In this document: piece after piece, positions 37,758 to 51,269 of the stretch
Layout: every line of letters starts with the position of its first letter
Position numbering within the stretch: the first letter of the stretch is position 1
Origin: Octopus vulgaris
Taxonomy: Eukaryota
NCBI GenBank assembly: GCA_951406725.2
Contig: OX597815.1
Span: 196,540,001-196,604,000 of the forward strand
Direction of reading: 5' to 3'
DNA length: 64,000 nt
Program-made: the position numbers and the translations under genes
Notes under the pieces: generated by a model
Seen by the model: only the letters and a program-made list of their open reading frames with translations
Databases searched by the model: none
Told to the model about the DNA's origin: nothing

Positions 37758-39398
37758 AGTTCAAATTCCGCCGTGACCACTTGAGTTCGGAAATGCAGTT
37801 TACCTTCGTAACCTTGTCCTTGAGTGACCTTAACGAGTTCTCTGCTGATACAATGATTCGGATCACACCAGTGATTTAAACATAACTTCCCACCAGCCAC
37901 CCCTCTTGAAAGTACCCCTTTCCTAAATAAACGACAACAAATTGCAAAAGTTAAAAAAATACCGGTTTGAAATAATCATTGACGTTAAATCTCACTCAAA
38001 CCCCTTTGTTGGAATGTCAAGATAAGCGCACGAATGTATTGTTACTTTAGATATGATAGAAGATGCCAGAGTTTTAACTGTATACACGGTACCATATATC
38101 TTATTAACAAACGTCAGTTTTGGTTTTTCTCCACATATAATCAAATTCGTTAGAATTTTGGAAGATATTCAGTTTCTATAGTATTTGTTGTACTAATAGA
38201 TAGATCTAATTTTCTACTGTATATCATTTTTTTCTTTTAGTTCTCTTAATAACGTTTAGTTAATGACATTTCGTCACGAACGTATATCTTTAGAATACAA
38301 TTCATCACCATCTCAACAATTGCTTAACATCATTTACGAGGCTTTCGGCAAATCAAGGTTCACTGACGACATTTCTTCGTTTCGCATTCAACCTATTATC
38401 ACATTACTCTGTGACGGTTTTTTTTTTAGTGTTACTGGAGGTCAAATGTCAATATGATGCCTTCAATATTTCTCTATTTTAGAGAAAAAGCTAACTTTAT
38501 ATGAATAACATAGTTTTCTTTCAGAAAAACATCAGACTTGTTTCTGATATATAGAAAACATAATGGTTGACATCAAAGCATTCACTGTCTGTCGAACTCC
38601 GTTATTCTATTCCAATATTATAAAGAGGCCAAAATAAGTATATAATTCAATGTTATTCAAACGGTAACTATGTATTCAAATTTGATTATTGGGAATGGAA
38701 GTCTATAATTTTGTACACCTCAGCTAGATTCTGTGTTGTCATGTACCACTCAGTCTCTCTGTTTCCGTCTCTCTGTTTCTCTCTCTCTTTCTCTGTCTCT
38801 CTCTTTCTCTCTCTGTCTCTCTCTTTCTTTGAATATATATAAGTACGTAGGTATTTATGAGCATGAATATATATGTATATGTGTGTGTGTATATGTATAT
38901 ATGTATATATAAGTATATATGTGTGTATATGTATGTATATGTATATATGTATGTATATGTATATATGTGTGTATATGTACGTATATGTATGTGTGTGTCT
39001 GTATGTCTCTGTGTGTGTATTTTGTGTGAGAGCTTGTAAGTGTATTTTACGTGCAAAAATAATATATCTACCGCTTACGAAAATCATGTACTTGCTATTC
39101 ATGTACACACAAACAGGTGTAGCAATCTGCCTACTACATCGAGTATATGGTGTAAAGTTTTACCGTTTAACGCCTCACCTTTATTTACTAATTGATCCAT
39201 TTAATCTCGTTTTGGTTTTCTTTTCAGTTTTGTTGAAAATTGTTTTAATTTCGATATAAGAAATAGGATAGGACATATTTAACAGTTTCATTTTCAATTA
39301 AAAGAAAAAAATTTATAAGATTCTGTACTTGTTTTGAACGTTCTTATCATGTTAATCCGATATAAACCAATGTACAAATAAAATACACATTAATATGC

Positions 39399-39508
39399 AT
39401 GTATGTATGTATGTATGTATGTATGTATGTATGTATGTATGTATGTATGTATGTATGTATGTATGTATGTATGTATGTATGTATGTATGTATGCATGTAT
39501 GTATGTAT
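39399..39508. repeat. (ATGT)n microsatellite
   Basis: Directly visible. Confidence 0.97.
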
Positions 39509-39939
39509 GAATATTAAACATAAACCAGAAGATTTTCGTCACTCGCCAACAAATACAGGACCAGAGTTTCACACTTAGTGCACTCATAGAATGATACAGG
39601 TAAAAAATATGAAAAGAAACAGCAGCAATAACGGTCAAGAAATGGCTGAGGTCCTGCTTACAGAATCTTATTTTTACCTTCTGTGATTCACAGAAGTTGT
39701 TATTCGTAATATCAACGAAGTCAGTGCTAACATACCTTCTCCGACACAACGTTTGACATTCCAAACATCTTCACAGCAATTAATGGAATTAAATATTATC
39801 TTGGTATTCCTTGTCGAAATTTTGCAGGAATGCCAGCAAGAAAACTCAATATTTCAAGGTAAATCTCTGAAGATTATCTCTCGATATAAGCAAAATAGCA
39901 AAACACTTCGTATTGCATTCTATTATACGACTGTTCAAA

Positions 39940-40290
39940 AATTGAATCATGTAACATTTTGCTGGCTATGTCTCGAACATACTTAAATCACGTAAAAATA
40001 TTTAAAGGAGTGGTATGACCAAGGTTAACTAGCTTCTTAACCCCAGCCGACGTGGCTTCCTTTATGACAAAGACTGCCTAAGACAGGTCCTGCGTCACTA
40101 TGATAACATACTGAAAGACATATGAGAAATTTCAAACGTAGATGCTGTATATCTCGACCTCATTAAGCCTTTCGACAGAATTGGCTAAGTCTTTTTATTA
40201 AAACTGCCCAACCTTGAAGATAGTGCAAAAGTGTTGTCCTAGTTTAATAATTTTCTCCTGAACCCATTAATTTGTAATCACTGTTTGCCA
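39940..40290 (+). mobile_element. CR1/L2-group LINE RT fragment
   Basis: RGFLYDKDCLRQVLRHYDNILKDI*EISNVDAVYLDLIKPFDRIG resembles QHGF..GRSCLTQLL.HYD..NVDVIYLDFAKAFDKV. Confidence 0.78.
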
Positions 40291-40589
40291 AAGATTATCA
40301 CACTTCGATCGATCGACTCATCAATTCATACATAAAATACATATAAAAAAACTTTTGTTCGTAATGAGATAAAAAAAAACCCACTGCCTTGGTTTTTATC
40401 TCATTACGAAAAAAAGTTTCTTTTTATATACACACGCTGATATATGACCTAAGATGGACCACTTATTCGCATAATCACCGAACCTGGAACTTAACTATGG
40501 TCATAGCACTTATTCAGCATCACCTGACACCTTTAGGTCTCAGTGACACCATATGTATGTATGTATCATGTACACATGCACACACACAG

Positions 40590-40621
<32 letters not shown>

Positions 40622-40625
40622 CCAC

Positions 40626-40695
<70 letters not shown>

Positions 40696-40700
<5 letters not shown>

Positions 40701-40861
40701 TCATAAATAAGGGCATATATGGCATTAGAATATTTTTCGTTTGCCCTTATTTATGAATTGTTTATAATTTTAACCTTTAAAGGTATTTTTTAATATGCTG
40801 GCCATTGATAAAATTTTGGGGGGAAAAGAATTTTTTTCGAAAAAACTTTTATCCTACATTT

Positions 40862-40864
<3 letters not shown>
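40696..40864. repeat. Short fold-back (20-bp arms) with ~100-bp overhang between (TA)n tracts
   Basis: acaattcataaataagggca (40696-40715) and tgcccttatttatgaattgt (40742-40761). Confidence 0.8.
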
Positions 40865-40938
<74 letters not shown>

Positions 40939-41361
40939 CGAAGTTAAGTCAGTCCTTACTGATAGAGCAATGGAAATTGCCGAAGTAGTCCGGTCAGTAT
41001 AAAGAATTGCCGAGCGATGTTTTCAGACGATCGCAGTCCCTGTCTCTATATTTCAATACTATTCTGTGCTTTGATTACAGCATTAGACCATTTCAGCTCT
41101 TATATCTGGCAATGTAGGTGTTTCTAATGCCGCAGTCACATTTTGTGAAAATTGTCATTTTCAATTTTGGTGAAACTTTGCAAAGTGCTGTCTATGTAAT
41201 GTATATGCAAATATATGTAAATATATATCAACATAAAACCATATACAATGAGGTAGAGATGAAAAGCGAGTTCTATATAGGCAATGCTTGATCGAGCCTC
41301 GATGGAATAAAGCCGATGGGTTTGCGTATCTATTACTCTGTCTGTCTGTTTCTCTCTCTCT

Positions 41362-41440
<79 letters not shown>

Positions 41441-41599
41441 CCTGTCTTTCTATCTACCTACTTACCTGTCTGCGTGTCTGACTGTTTGCCTATTCATATA
41501 TATCTTAGATATGTATATGTGTGCATGTATGCATTTATGTATGTATGTTTGTATCTATCCATCCGTATATATGTGTGTGTTCCCTTTCAACTTTCTAAA

Positions 41600-41657
<58 letters not shown>

Positions 41658-41910
41658 GCACAAGTTTGTCCGATTAAGTATGTATCTATTCATACATTGT
41701 GGAAGCAAAGCAGATATTTAGATACGTTTAATATTCTTTCCTAGCGGAGGTGGGCATTTTAGAATGGAATTAGTTGAAAAAATATCAGTAATTATATGCA
41801 GTGAAACTATACGTCAGGATACCCAAAAAGAATTCGCATATGTTATTACAAGATAATCAAGGAGACTGTAACGTTATCTGTTGTCCGATCTATTTATTTG
41901 TATATTGACA

Positions 41911-42300
41911 GTGGAGGCGCAATGGCCCAGTGGTTAGGGCAGCGGACTCGCGGTCATAGGATCGCGGTTTCGATTCCCAGACCGGGCGTTGTGAGTGTAT
42001 ATTGAGCGAAAACACCTAAAGCTCCACGAGGCTCCGGCAGGGGATGGTGGTGATCCCTGCTGTACTCTTTCACCACAGCTTTCTCTTACTCTTACTTCCT
42101 GTTTCTGTTGTACCTGTATTTCAAAGGGCCGGCCTTGTCACTCTCTGTGTCACGCTGAATATCCCCGAGAACTACGTTAAGGGTACACGTGTCTGTGGAG
42201 TGCTCAGCCACTTACACGTTAATTTCACGAGCAGGCTGTTCCGTTGATTCGGATCAACTGGAACCCTCGTCGTCGTAACCGACGGAGTGCTTCCGTCCCC
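41911..42300 (+). mobile_element. SINE group B, tail variant 2, full length with 9-bp TSD
   Basis: tRNA-like head through ...cgtcgtaaccgacggagtgc. TSD atattgaca at 41902-41910 and 42301-42309. Confidence 0.93.
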
Positions 42301-42944
42301 ATATTGACAAGCTTGAATTAATTATGGATAGTATAGGTCGTATGAGTAGGTAAAGAAACACAGTGGGTTATGCAGTATTTCACCTATGTTTTTTTGTTAT
42401 TAATTCATGCTGTAATTTGAATTCACATTTCATAATGAACATTTTGCAGATCTAGTCTGGATTTTGTTGATCGTATTGGAGTCAGAGTGTTTAGAAGTTA
42501 CATAACCGAATCGATAAATTGTTGTTGCCATTGATATCAGTCGTGTTGTGATAAAATTGATTATAATGAAAATCATCCTTCATGCTCTTTATTCCCAGCA
42601 GCACTTTGCTGTTGGCGCCTCCAAAATGAACAATATTATCGTTATGGACTTTGAACGATAACTGATGAGGAAAGAGCATGTCTTCTGTGGGAATTTTCAG
42701 TTTGTTACTTTGTCGTCCGTCTACGCCATTTTAAATCTTTATCATTTAATGTAACGCCACGTACCCCGCTTTTTGTCCCCATTCACTACACTCCATACAG
42801 TGATTAATATTCGGTGCGACTCCTCTCTTTATATTTTTCTCTTTTTATTTTCCTCTCTTTCATTTCCTTTGTCACGCTTCACCATTTTCTCCTTTCCGTT
42901 TATATATTCTTCTCACCGCTTTACCTTCCTCCTGCCCTTTTCTT

Positions 42945-43210
42945 ATTTCTTTATTGCCCACAAGTGGCTAAACATAGAGGGGACAAACAGGGACAGACAA
43001 AGGTATTAAGTCGATTACATTGACCCAGTACGTAACTGGTACTTACTTTACCGACCCCGGAAGGATGAAAGGCAAAGTCGACTTCAGCGGAATTTGAACT
43101 CAGAACGTAACGGCAGACGAAATACCTATTTCTTTATTACCCACAAGGGGATTAACATAGCGGGGACAAACAAAGACAGACAAACGGATTAAGTCGATTA
43201 AGTCGATTAT
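42945..43210 (-). mobile_element. SINE group D, duplicated 3' part
   Basis: Reverse complement of the group D consensus with a repeated tail. Confidence 0.82.
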
Positions 43211-43399
43211 ATAGAACATCATTTTCCATTAGTGTTACACACACGTACACACACGCACACACACACACACACACACCCATAAACCTTGCGTATACATATG
43301 TTTGGTCTCATATATTTTCCCTTTTCAGCTCGTATATGGAATGCATTTATATAGATCACCCCTTTAAATACTTCATGCAAACACTTATTCCAGTTCTAT

Positions 43400-43568
43400 A
43401 TTTAAGAGATGAGGAAATTATGTACGTCATTAACATAATTTACATTTGACGGATACTTGTCCTCATCTTGTTTGTTGTTAATACAACGTTTCGGACGATA
43501 TATCAGCTGAAACGTTGTGTTAACAACAAACAAGATGAGGACAAATATCCGTCAAATGTAAATAATGT
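43400..43568. repeat. Near-perfect 136-bp palindrome with short overhang
   Basis: 43433-43500 mirrors 43501-43568 about the centre gata|tatc and contains gaaacgtt. Confidence 0.9.
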
Positions 43569-43674
43569 AAATAAAGCTCTTATTTGCTTAATTTTTTAAA
43601 CTATTTTCGTGATTGTTGCAACAGAATATTGCATTAATTTATTCCGTTACGGTTTTAGCAGTTCGTGTGTATAC

Positions 43675-43937
43675 GCTTTTACTCTTTTACTTCTTTCGGT
43701 CATTTCACTGCGGCCATGCTGGAGCACCGCCTTTAGTCGAGAAAATCGACCTCAGGACTTATTCTTTGTAAGCCTAGTACTTATTCTATCGGTTTCTTTT
43801 GCCGAACTGCTAAGTTACGGGGAAGTAAACAGACCAACATCGGTTGTCAAACGATGCTGGAGGGACAAACACAGACACACAAACACAGACACAGACACAC
43901 ACACACACATATATATATGTATATATATATACATATG

Positions 43938-43999
<62 letters not shown>

Positions 44000-44175
44000 C
44001 ACATATATACGGTGGGCTTTCAGTTTCCGTCTAACAAATCCACTCACAAGGCTTTGGTCGGTCGGGCCGAGGCTATAGTAGAATACACCTGCCCGAGTTG
44101 CCACACAGTGGGACTAAACCTGGAACAATGTGGTTGTTAAGCAAGCTACTTACCACACAGCCTCTCCTCCGCCTA
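43675..44175 (-). mobile_element. SINE group A, full length with expanded internal (TA)n
   Basis: Matches 7170-7555. Confidence 0.92.
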
Positions 44176-44476
44176 TGTCATTTTATGAAGCTGAACTCTA
44201 CAAATCCTTTGTCCATATCTGTACTCATTTTGTCTACTTGTGTTTTCTCTGTTGTAGTCGCTAAAATTTAATTACATGTCTTTCTCTTTGCTTTTCTTTT
44301 GTGTCTCGTCTCTGCAGCATTCTCTCATTAGTAACCGTATCCGTGGCCTGTTGACGCCACTTGGGTAATTTATTTCTTAAAGGCATCTAAATCGATCATT
44401 TTTTCAGTGAGATAGATGATACTAGAATAATTTTGACACACACACACACATATATATGTATATATATATACATATG

Positions 44477-44521
<45 letters not shown>

Positions 44522-44525
44522 CATA

Positions 44526-44574
<49 letters not shown>

Positions 44575-44643
44575 ATATATTTATATATATATATTTATAT
44601 GCATAAATATATATATGCATATATATATATTTATGTATATATA

Positions 44644-44726
<83 letters not shown>

Positions 44727-44763
44727 TAGTGTACTTATGTATGAATATATGTGTATGTATGTG

Positions 44764-44805
<42 letters not shown>

Positions 44806-45611
44806 CAGATGGAGAGAGAGAGAGAGAGTCAGAGACAGACAGACAGACAGACAGACAGAGATACTATGAACAAAATATCTGAAATGAAGTAGTTGAGGAT
44901 TTAACTATACATCTGTCAATATGTAAATAGTTGCACTTCCAAATATAAACAAACGTTGTCGTACTACACGTCTCTTTGGATAGGATGGATGTAAATAAAC
45001 TAGCAAACATATTGATTACATTTGGAACGTCTAAAATATCTAGATTTTCACTCCACTGTAATATATACGTATATACTGGCGTTTGAAACCTACCAAATGT
45101 GTCAGTATCAACTAATTTCTACTTCAAATTTAAATAAGTGATAGTTTAAGCAGGTTTCATGATTTAATATTAAACTAGGCTCTAAGCGACTGAGATGCAA
45201 AATAATTTTATATTAGTTCTGAGATAGCCCGATTTCGTCTTCTGCTTTTTTATTTATTTAGTTTTTTTACTAAGCTGTGTCGATGTCTGAATATTTGTAC
45301 AGGGAATAGTAAACATGGTACGTTTATCAATATTTCTCTGGGGCACGAATATATCAGTGATCTAGCCCACGATTCGAATCTACGGTAGAAACATATTCAT
45401 CTTTAAGTGCAAAAATATGTAATTTACACTTTCTTCTGACGTAAAAGTAGCATCCTCTCATTCCATGCACTATATTTTAGAAGTATATTGTAGAGGGATA
45501 AAATGCTTTTCACAATACACTTGAAAGATACTTTTAAAGGTTTTTGTTAGGGAGAATTTATAATACTGTAGATATGAGAGCAATTTTTGCACAGTATACA
45601 GTATACAGTAT

Positions 45612-45820
45612 TTGTGCGTCTGTGTTTGTCCCCCGCAACATCGCTTGACAACCGATGCTGGCATGTTTTCGTCTCCCTAACTTAGCGGTTCGACAAAAGA
45701 GACCGGTAGAATGAGTAGTAGGCTTACAAAGAATAAGTCCTGGGGTCGATTTGCTCGACTAAAGGTGGTGCTCCAGCATGGCCGCAGTCAAATGACTGAA
45801 ACAAGTAAAAGAGTAAAAGA
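45612..45820 (+). mobile_element. SINE group A, 3' half
   Basis: Runs from gtgtttgtcccc to cagtcaaatgactgaaac plus (agtaaaag)n. Confidence 0.88.
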
Positions 45821-45850
45821 GGAGTATATTATGAAACCGTATATATATGT

Positions 45851-45886
<36 letters not shown>

Positions 45887-46639
45887 CGCGCGTGTATAAC
45901 ATTAGACGATTACCGTATTTCAATTTTCTTTTCTTTCAGATCAATTCATGTTTGTCGATATTTTCGTGAAGAGAATTACCACATAGGATGTTAAATTCAT
46001 ATTTTGGTCTACGATGTTTTGTATTACCGCGATCGGCCATCAGAATGGTGCACAAACCACTGTTTCTTCATCCTGCCATCGCGAATATGTGATAGGCATA
46101 AGAAAGTTACGCTTCTCTTTCACTCTACTCGGAGTGTTTTCATTTAGATAACAAAAACATATTTTAAAGGTAAGGCACTCATTAAATAATGTAAGACACC
46201 CATCAAAGGTGGGTTATTTATGTAGGAAAAGGTATGATGAGATGATGTCTCATCTCCACATAAATATCGGTGTGCTGTAACCAATAATTTCACAAGTTTA
46301 TGCCAAAAGAATTTTATGTATTGGCTTGTTTTCAATAGTTTATGATAAGAAACAATTATTAAGCCGAACGAAATTATGCTCATCGGACTCTCTAATCTAG
46401 GACACTCGATCTCCCATCCGGCTGTGAAATATTTTTGATATATTTGTAATTGAAAATGTGCATCTTATACGCCAGAAAATAAGGTAGTTGCCAGTGTAGG
46501 TACTAAAAGTTATACGAACTAGAATTTCCGATTTGCAGATGCTACAATATTTTGGTTAGCATAAAAAGATTTTTGCTACATACATAGTTACTAATTATTT
46601 CTAAAAGTAGGTGTGGAACGTCAATAGATATAAACCTAC

Positions 46640-46710
46640 GGACATATAGCGTAGTGGTTAAGAGCGGGGGCTACTAAACCAAAGATTCCGAGGTCGATTC
46701 CAAGCAGTGG

Positions 46711-46714
<4 letters not shown>
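46640..46714 (+). mobile_element. tRNA-like head (SINE or tRNA pseudogene) followed by (AAT)n
   Basis: tagcgtagtggttaagagc (A box) and ggtcgattcc (B box). The acceptor and anticodon stems pair poorly. Confidence 0.65.
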
Positions 46715-46747
<33 letters not shown>

Positions 46748-46749
<2 letters not shown>

Positions 46750-47020
46750 ACCCCCAAAATGGCAGAAATTCAAAAGATAGTGCTCATGGGAACTGCTCAT
46801 ATCCTACGCAAAATACTTTCTATGTAATCTCAAGTTTCAAGACAAACATAATTTTCATTTTTTTTTTTTGACATTCACTAGTACAACACAAAATACAAAA
46901 CCAAATATATGGCACACTAGGCATAACAACATCACGAACTTCCAACCTATTATCTGTTGAGGTATCTGGGTGAGACTTGGAGCCAACTTGGTACAAATAT
47001 AAAGTAAAAGTCAAACATAG
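46748..47020 (+). mobile_element. 3' fragment of the second Dong-like family in (AAT)n
   Basis: PKMAEIQKIVLMGTAHILRKILSM* plus 3' UTR, homologous to 34045-34376. Confidence 0.9.
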
Positions 47021-47774
47021 AATAATAATAATAATAATTTCGAAACATAGGTGAAAACAACCGATGTTTTATTTGATGGTGTAAATATTTAAGGAAAACA
47101 CATTTCTACTTACTTCAAGCTGAAAAGCCGAAAACCGTAGAAGCTAACCAGTGAATCGATGACAAAATTGGGAGAAGATAGCATTTTGTTAAAAGTGTAA
47201 CTCATATCAAGATGTCAGCCGAGATGCCATAGGTGAATCATATCTCTTGATTATCTTAACATGGTTAGCATGCAAAATTGCATTATCAAAGCTAAAATTA
47301 ATGCTTCAATAATGTTATTGCGAATTATTGACCACGCAAGCAGCCGTTGTAAAGACGCATGTGTTGTCTGCTAGCGACAATGATAAATGCAAGTAAAATT
47401 ACTGGTTTTGGGGCTGGACGTATTCCGCTGATTGTCATTATGAGGTAACGATCATGCAGTACAGATTTGTCGATAAATTGAAGAGGAAAATTAAGTATCA
47501 AATCCATATTTGTCATGTGAGTATACTATAATAAATGCAAATCTTATAAAAGATGACATTTATGTCAGTTCTCCAATGTTCAGACATTGCCAGCAGAGTT
47601 GCAGATTTATTTTTCTTAACTGAAAGATAATTCTACATGAAAAGTGAAATCCAATCTTACTATATTAAGAGAACTTTCCAGGTGTGCAGATGAAAAAATA
47701 AAAAAAAATTACCAGACGGATATCTCTGTAGTAACTGCTTGTTAAAAAGATGGAAGCATGCGTATAATATTTAA

Positions 47775-48175
47775 ATTTTTTTACTTGTTTCAGTCATTTT
47801 GTCTGCGGCCATGCTGGAGCACCGCCTTTAGTCGAGCAACTCGACCCCGGGACTTATTCTTTGTAAGCCCAGTACTTATTCTATCGGTCTCTTTTGCCGA
47901 ACCGCTAAGTGACGGGGATATAAACACACCAGCATCGGTTGTCAAGCAATGCTAGGGGGACAAAAACACATACACACAAACATACACGCACATACGTATA
48001 TATACATATATACGACGGGCTTCTTTCAGTTTCCGTCTACCAAATCCACTCACAAGGCTTTGGTCGGCCCGAGGCTATAGTAGAAGACACTTGCCCACAT
48101 TGCCACGCAGTGGGACTGAACTTGGAACCATGTGGTTGGTAAACAAGCTACGTACCACACAGCCACTCCTGCGCT
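47775..48175 (-). mobile_element. SINE group A, full length
   Basis: Matches 7170-7555. Confidence 0.92.
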
Positions 48176-48786
48176 ATGTATATGAATATAAAATAAATAT
48201 ATTAATATGGATTTTTTTTTATTAAGCAATATATTTTATTTACGATATTTGTCACCTTCAATTTCAGAATTTAATCAAATAATTTTAGAATTTAGCCAGC
48301 TTTATGTCAATAAAACAATATTTTCTCTTCCGTTCGTTTTACACTGGGTTGTGTACTAGTACTTTTAATATGATCTCATGTATATTAAAAGCGAAGGCTG
48401 GCGTGAGCTTATACTATTTGAAGACATATATATGAACTATAAATTTGGAGTGTACAAGAAACGATATACTTAAACATAGATAAAAAAATACGTCACTGAA
48501 CTTCAATAACGATAAAATGTTCTTGGCAAATCCCTTACTCTTTTCTATGATTGGCGAATTTGTAAGGATGTTTAATGCCCGTCATTTTGGAGGAGCTAGA
48601 ATATCGACCCATATTGTAGCGGTAGATGTTATTATTTTCAGTCGTAAAGTGATACTGTTCTGATGTATTTACAGCCCAATAATCTATGGCATTTGTCTAT
48701 TGTGTTTGACGTTGGACACCGTTCGGCGCCGATATAAATATATGAACAGACGATAAAATGCAACTGTATTGATTAACTTGTAAACC

Positions 48787-49200
48787 AAATTGGCTCTAAT
48801 TTCATTAAACGAAGCAACTTTTAAGTGCAAATATTTCAAATGTTCTTTGCACAACATTGAATTATTAATTTGACATTCATTTTGTTTGTCTTCATTATAA
48901 AGTGGATTTTCAAAATAAAGGAAATATATAGTACATTTAAGTGAAGTTACACCTCTGTTTTCTAAGCACAACTTTGGGTAACTTCATATCATACCTTTAA
49001 ATATCAGATGAATATCTAACGTAGGCGTATGGATGTACCTTCTCTTCAGAAGCAATAGAAACTAGTTCTGTCTCGATGAAATTTGCAAATAACTGGATGC
49101 GCCTAAATATTTCCTTTTTTATAATTGGGGATGCAGTTGTTGCAACAACAACAGTGGAGTGGATACATAGGTTTCAATTTACACAAGGACTACTACAAGT
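48787..49200. repeat. ~410-bp dispersed direct repeat, copy 1 (copy 2 at 57772-58194)
   Basis: Shared blocks tggctctaatttcat, ttcaaatgttctttgcacaaca, tacatttaagtgaagttacacctct and atcagatgaatatctaa. Confidence 0.88.
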
Positions 49201-49231
49201 ATGTACATACATATATTTACATATATACATG

Positions 49232-49264
<33 letters not shown>

Positions 49265-49270
<6 letters not shown>

Positions 49271-49746
49271 TAATAAATAAAATATATGCATACATACAAA
49301 CATATGTGTACGTACCTACATCTACATGTATATATACATGCATATATAAATATATATACGTGTGTACAGGACACCACAAATAGACGTAGAACTCAACGAG
49401 AAACGAAAACGTGAAAACAGCATGGAACGGACCATTTTTTTAACAACGAAAAAACAGAGTACAAGACAACTACACAAGGAAAAATCCCCTTCATCAGCTG
49501 TCCCTAGTTCAACTCCAGTGTGTTTCGAAGGTGAGGACAGAACACGTCTCGTCGAAACTAGTCCTTCCTGCGAAAGAATTAAATAAAATTCCTTTGCAGA
49601 GGGGTAAAAACAAGGAAAAAATGTGACAAAAACAGGACGTAAAAACTATACAATTAAAAACAAATACAAAAAAAAAGAAAAATACGATTACAAAAAGTAC
49701 AGTACAAGAAGGAATAGAAACAGGACAGGAAAACAAATAAAGAGGG

Positions 49747-49749
<3 letters not shown>
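49265..49749 (-). mobile_element. Relative of PLE block D, between (TA)n tracts
   Basis: Colinear with 24898-25368, sharing atagtgtaataaataaaatatatgcatac and tacacaaggaaaaatccccttcatcagctgtc. Confidence 0.85.
49486..49561 (-). ncRNA. Second copy of the candidate non-canonically ordered hammerhead-like RNA
   Basis: Minus strand: ctagtt-tcgacgag-acgtg-TT-ctgtcc-tca-ccttc-GAAA-cac-actggagttg-aactag-ggacag-CTGATGA-agggg. Confidence 0.5.
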
Positions 49750-49805
<56 letters not shown>

Positions 49806-49811
<6 letters not shown>

Positions 49812-50146
49812 AATAAAAGGGTAATATTAATAAATTACTAATTAATAATTTTGCCAAGTAGTGTTCAGTATGTAAAAAGACCAGTTACGGTATATTTAAA
49901 ACATTACTTTATATAATTAGGGTTCAGTAAAAAAATTTACTTTACCACACACCGAACTTTTAAAATAGCAGCCAAAAAAATTTAGCTATTTCCTCTACTA
50001 TAAGAAGAGTCTCCCATTAATTTTGAGTATACATTGTCTGGGAGACTTTTCTTATAGTAGAGTAAAAAGCTAAATTTTTTTTGCTGCTATTTCTAAAAGT
50101 TCGGTGTGTGGTAAAGTAAATTTTTTTACTGCAACCTAATTATATA
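49806..50146. repeat. Fold-back hairpin (~105-bp arms) with ~100-bp overhang between (TA)n tracts
   Basis: 49910-50016 mirrors 50039-50146. Confidence 0.88.
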
Positions 50147-50259
50147 TATATATATGATCATTTATAGTTAGCCACTTATTTTTCGCGTAGGAAGACGTCC
50201 ATCCTAATTGCAGAATAGAACTACAGAGGTTAGGCCCTATAAACAAGCACATACGCACA

Positions 50260-50292
<33 letters not shown>

Positions 50293-50682
50293 AAACACAA
50301 ACACACACACACATACACACACATACACCCACGCAAACACACACTCAAACACAAGTACACACACACATACACCCACGCAAACACACATATAAGTAGAATT
50401 TGTTTCGACTTATTACATGGTTGTTCTTTCAGAATAGACGATACTCTTATTATAACCCGAGGAGGACGTTTCTTCCTATGGGTGATTGAGTGCGCTTTGC
50501 ACTCGATATATATTGCAAGCGGGAAGAAAAATTCTGACAATCCGAGTCCGGAGATCGGTATATCACGTGATTTCAGTCTCATTAGATCATGCTCGGTAAT
50601 GGATTACTCATCTGCTAGATACAGCAGTAGCCCAAACCAGCTCCCAATATATAGAAAATCAACGTCACAGTCAATGGTTTTG

Positions 50683-50739
<57 letters not shown>

Positions 50740-50744
<5 letters not shown>

Positions 50745-51222
50745 TTAATAAGGGTGAGAGAATTAGATATTAATTTAATAGTATACCTATTCAACACCAA
50801 GTGGCCCAGTGCCCCGAGAAACCTGGATTATTATAATATTTTATAACATATTATAATATTTTATACAAAAATAAATATAAGAGAGTGGTCACTATGTGGC
50901 TCACTCTAGCACTAGTAATAGATCCAATAGGTTTCAACCACAAAAATACATGTTTCCCATGAAAGTCAGTACGAAAGTTAGCTCACACGAACAGGGCAAA
51001 TAAAAAATAACAAAACTACAGATTATTTTGGGACAATTGTTTCGCTATTAATGAATTAAATGTAATTTTACTCACAATTTTTGTTAATTTTTATTTGCCC
51101 TGTTCGTGTGAGCTAACTTTCGTACTGACTTTCATGGGAAACATGTATTTTTGTGGTTGAAACCTATTGGATCTATTACTAGTGCTAGAGTGAGCCACAT
51201 AGTGACCACTCTCTTATATTTA

Positions 51223-51224
<2 letters not shown>
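50740..51224. repeat. Fold-back hairpin (~145-bp arms) with overhang between (TA)n tracts
   Basis: 50870-51015 mirrors 51079-51224. The spacer has GAAA-caattg-TC on the minus strand, an HHR 3' half. Confidence 0.9.

Positions 51225-51269
<45 letters not shown>

Noticed and set aside
40955-41000. ctgatagagcaatggaaattgccgaag hammerhead-like hairpin
   Set aside because: Both core halves deviate and there is no valid stem I.
41911-41990. Functional tRNA genes at SINE heads (also 14025 and 46640)
   Set aside because: The cloverleaves are imperfect and continue into SINE bodies or repeat tails.
45919-46000. Strong splice acceptor ttttcttttctttcag
   Set aside because: All three frames stop within 60 nt and there is no convincing donor.
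50395-50590. Minus-strand CUAAUGA-gact...agtc-GAAAC with a long stem II insert
   Set aside because: The core is mutated and stems I/III cannot be formed. Possibly a decayed PLE hammerhead, but unsupported.
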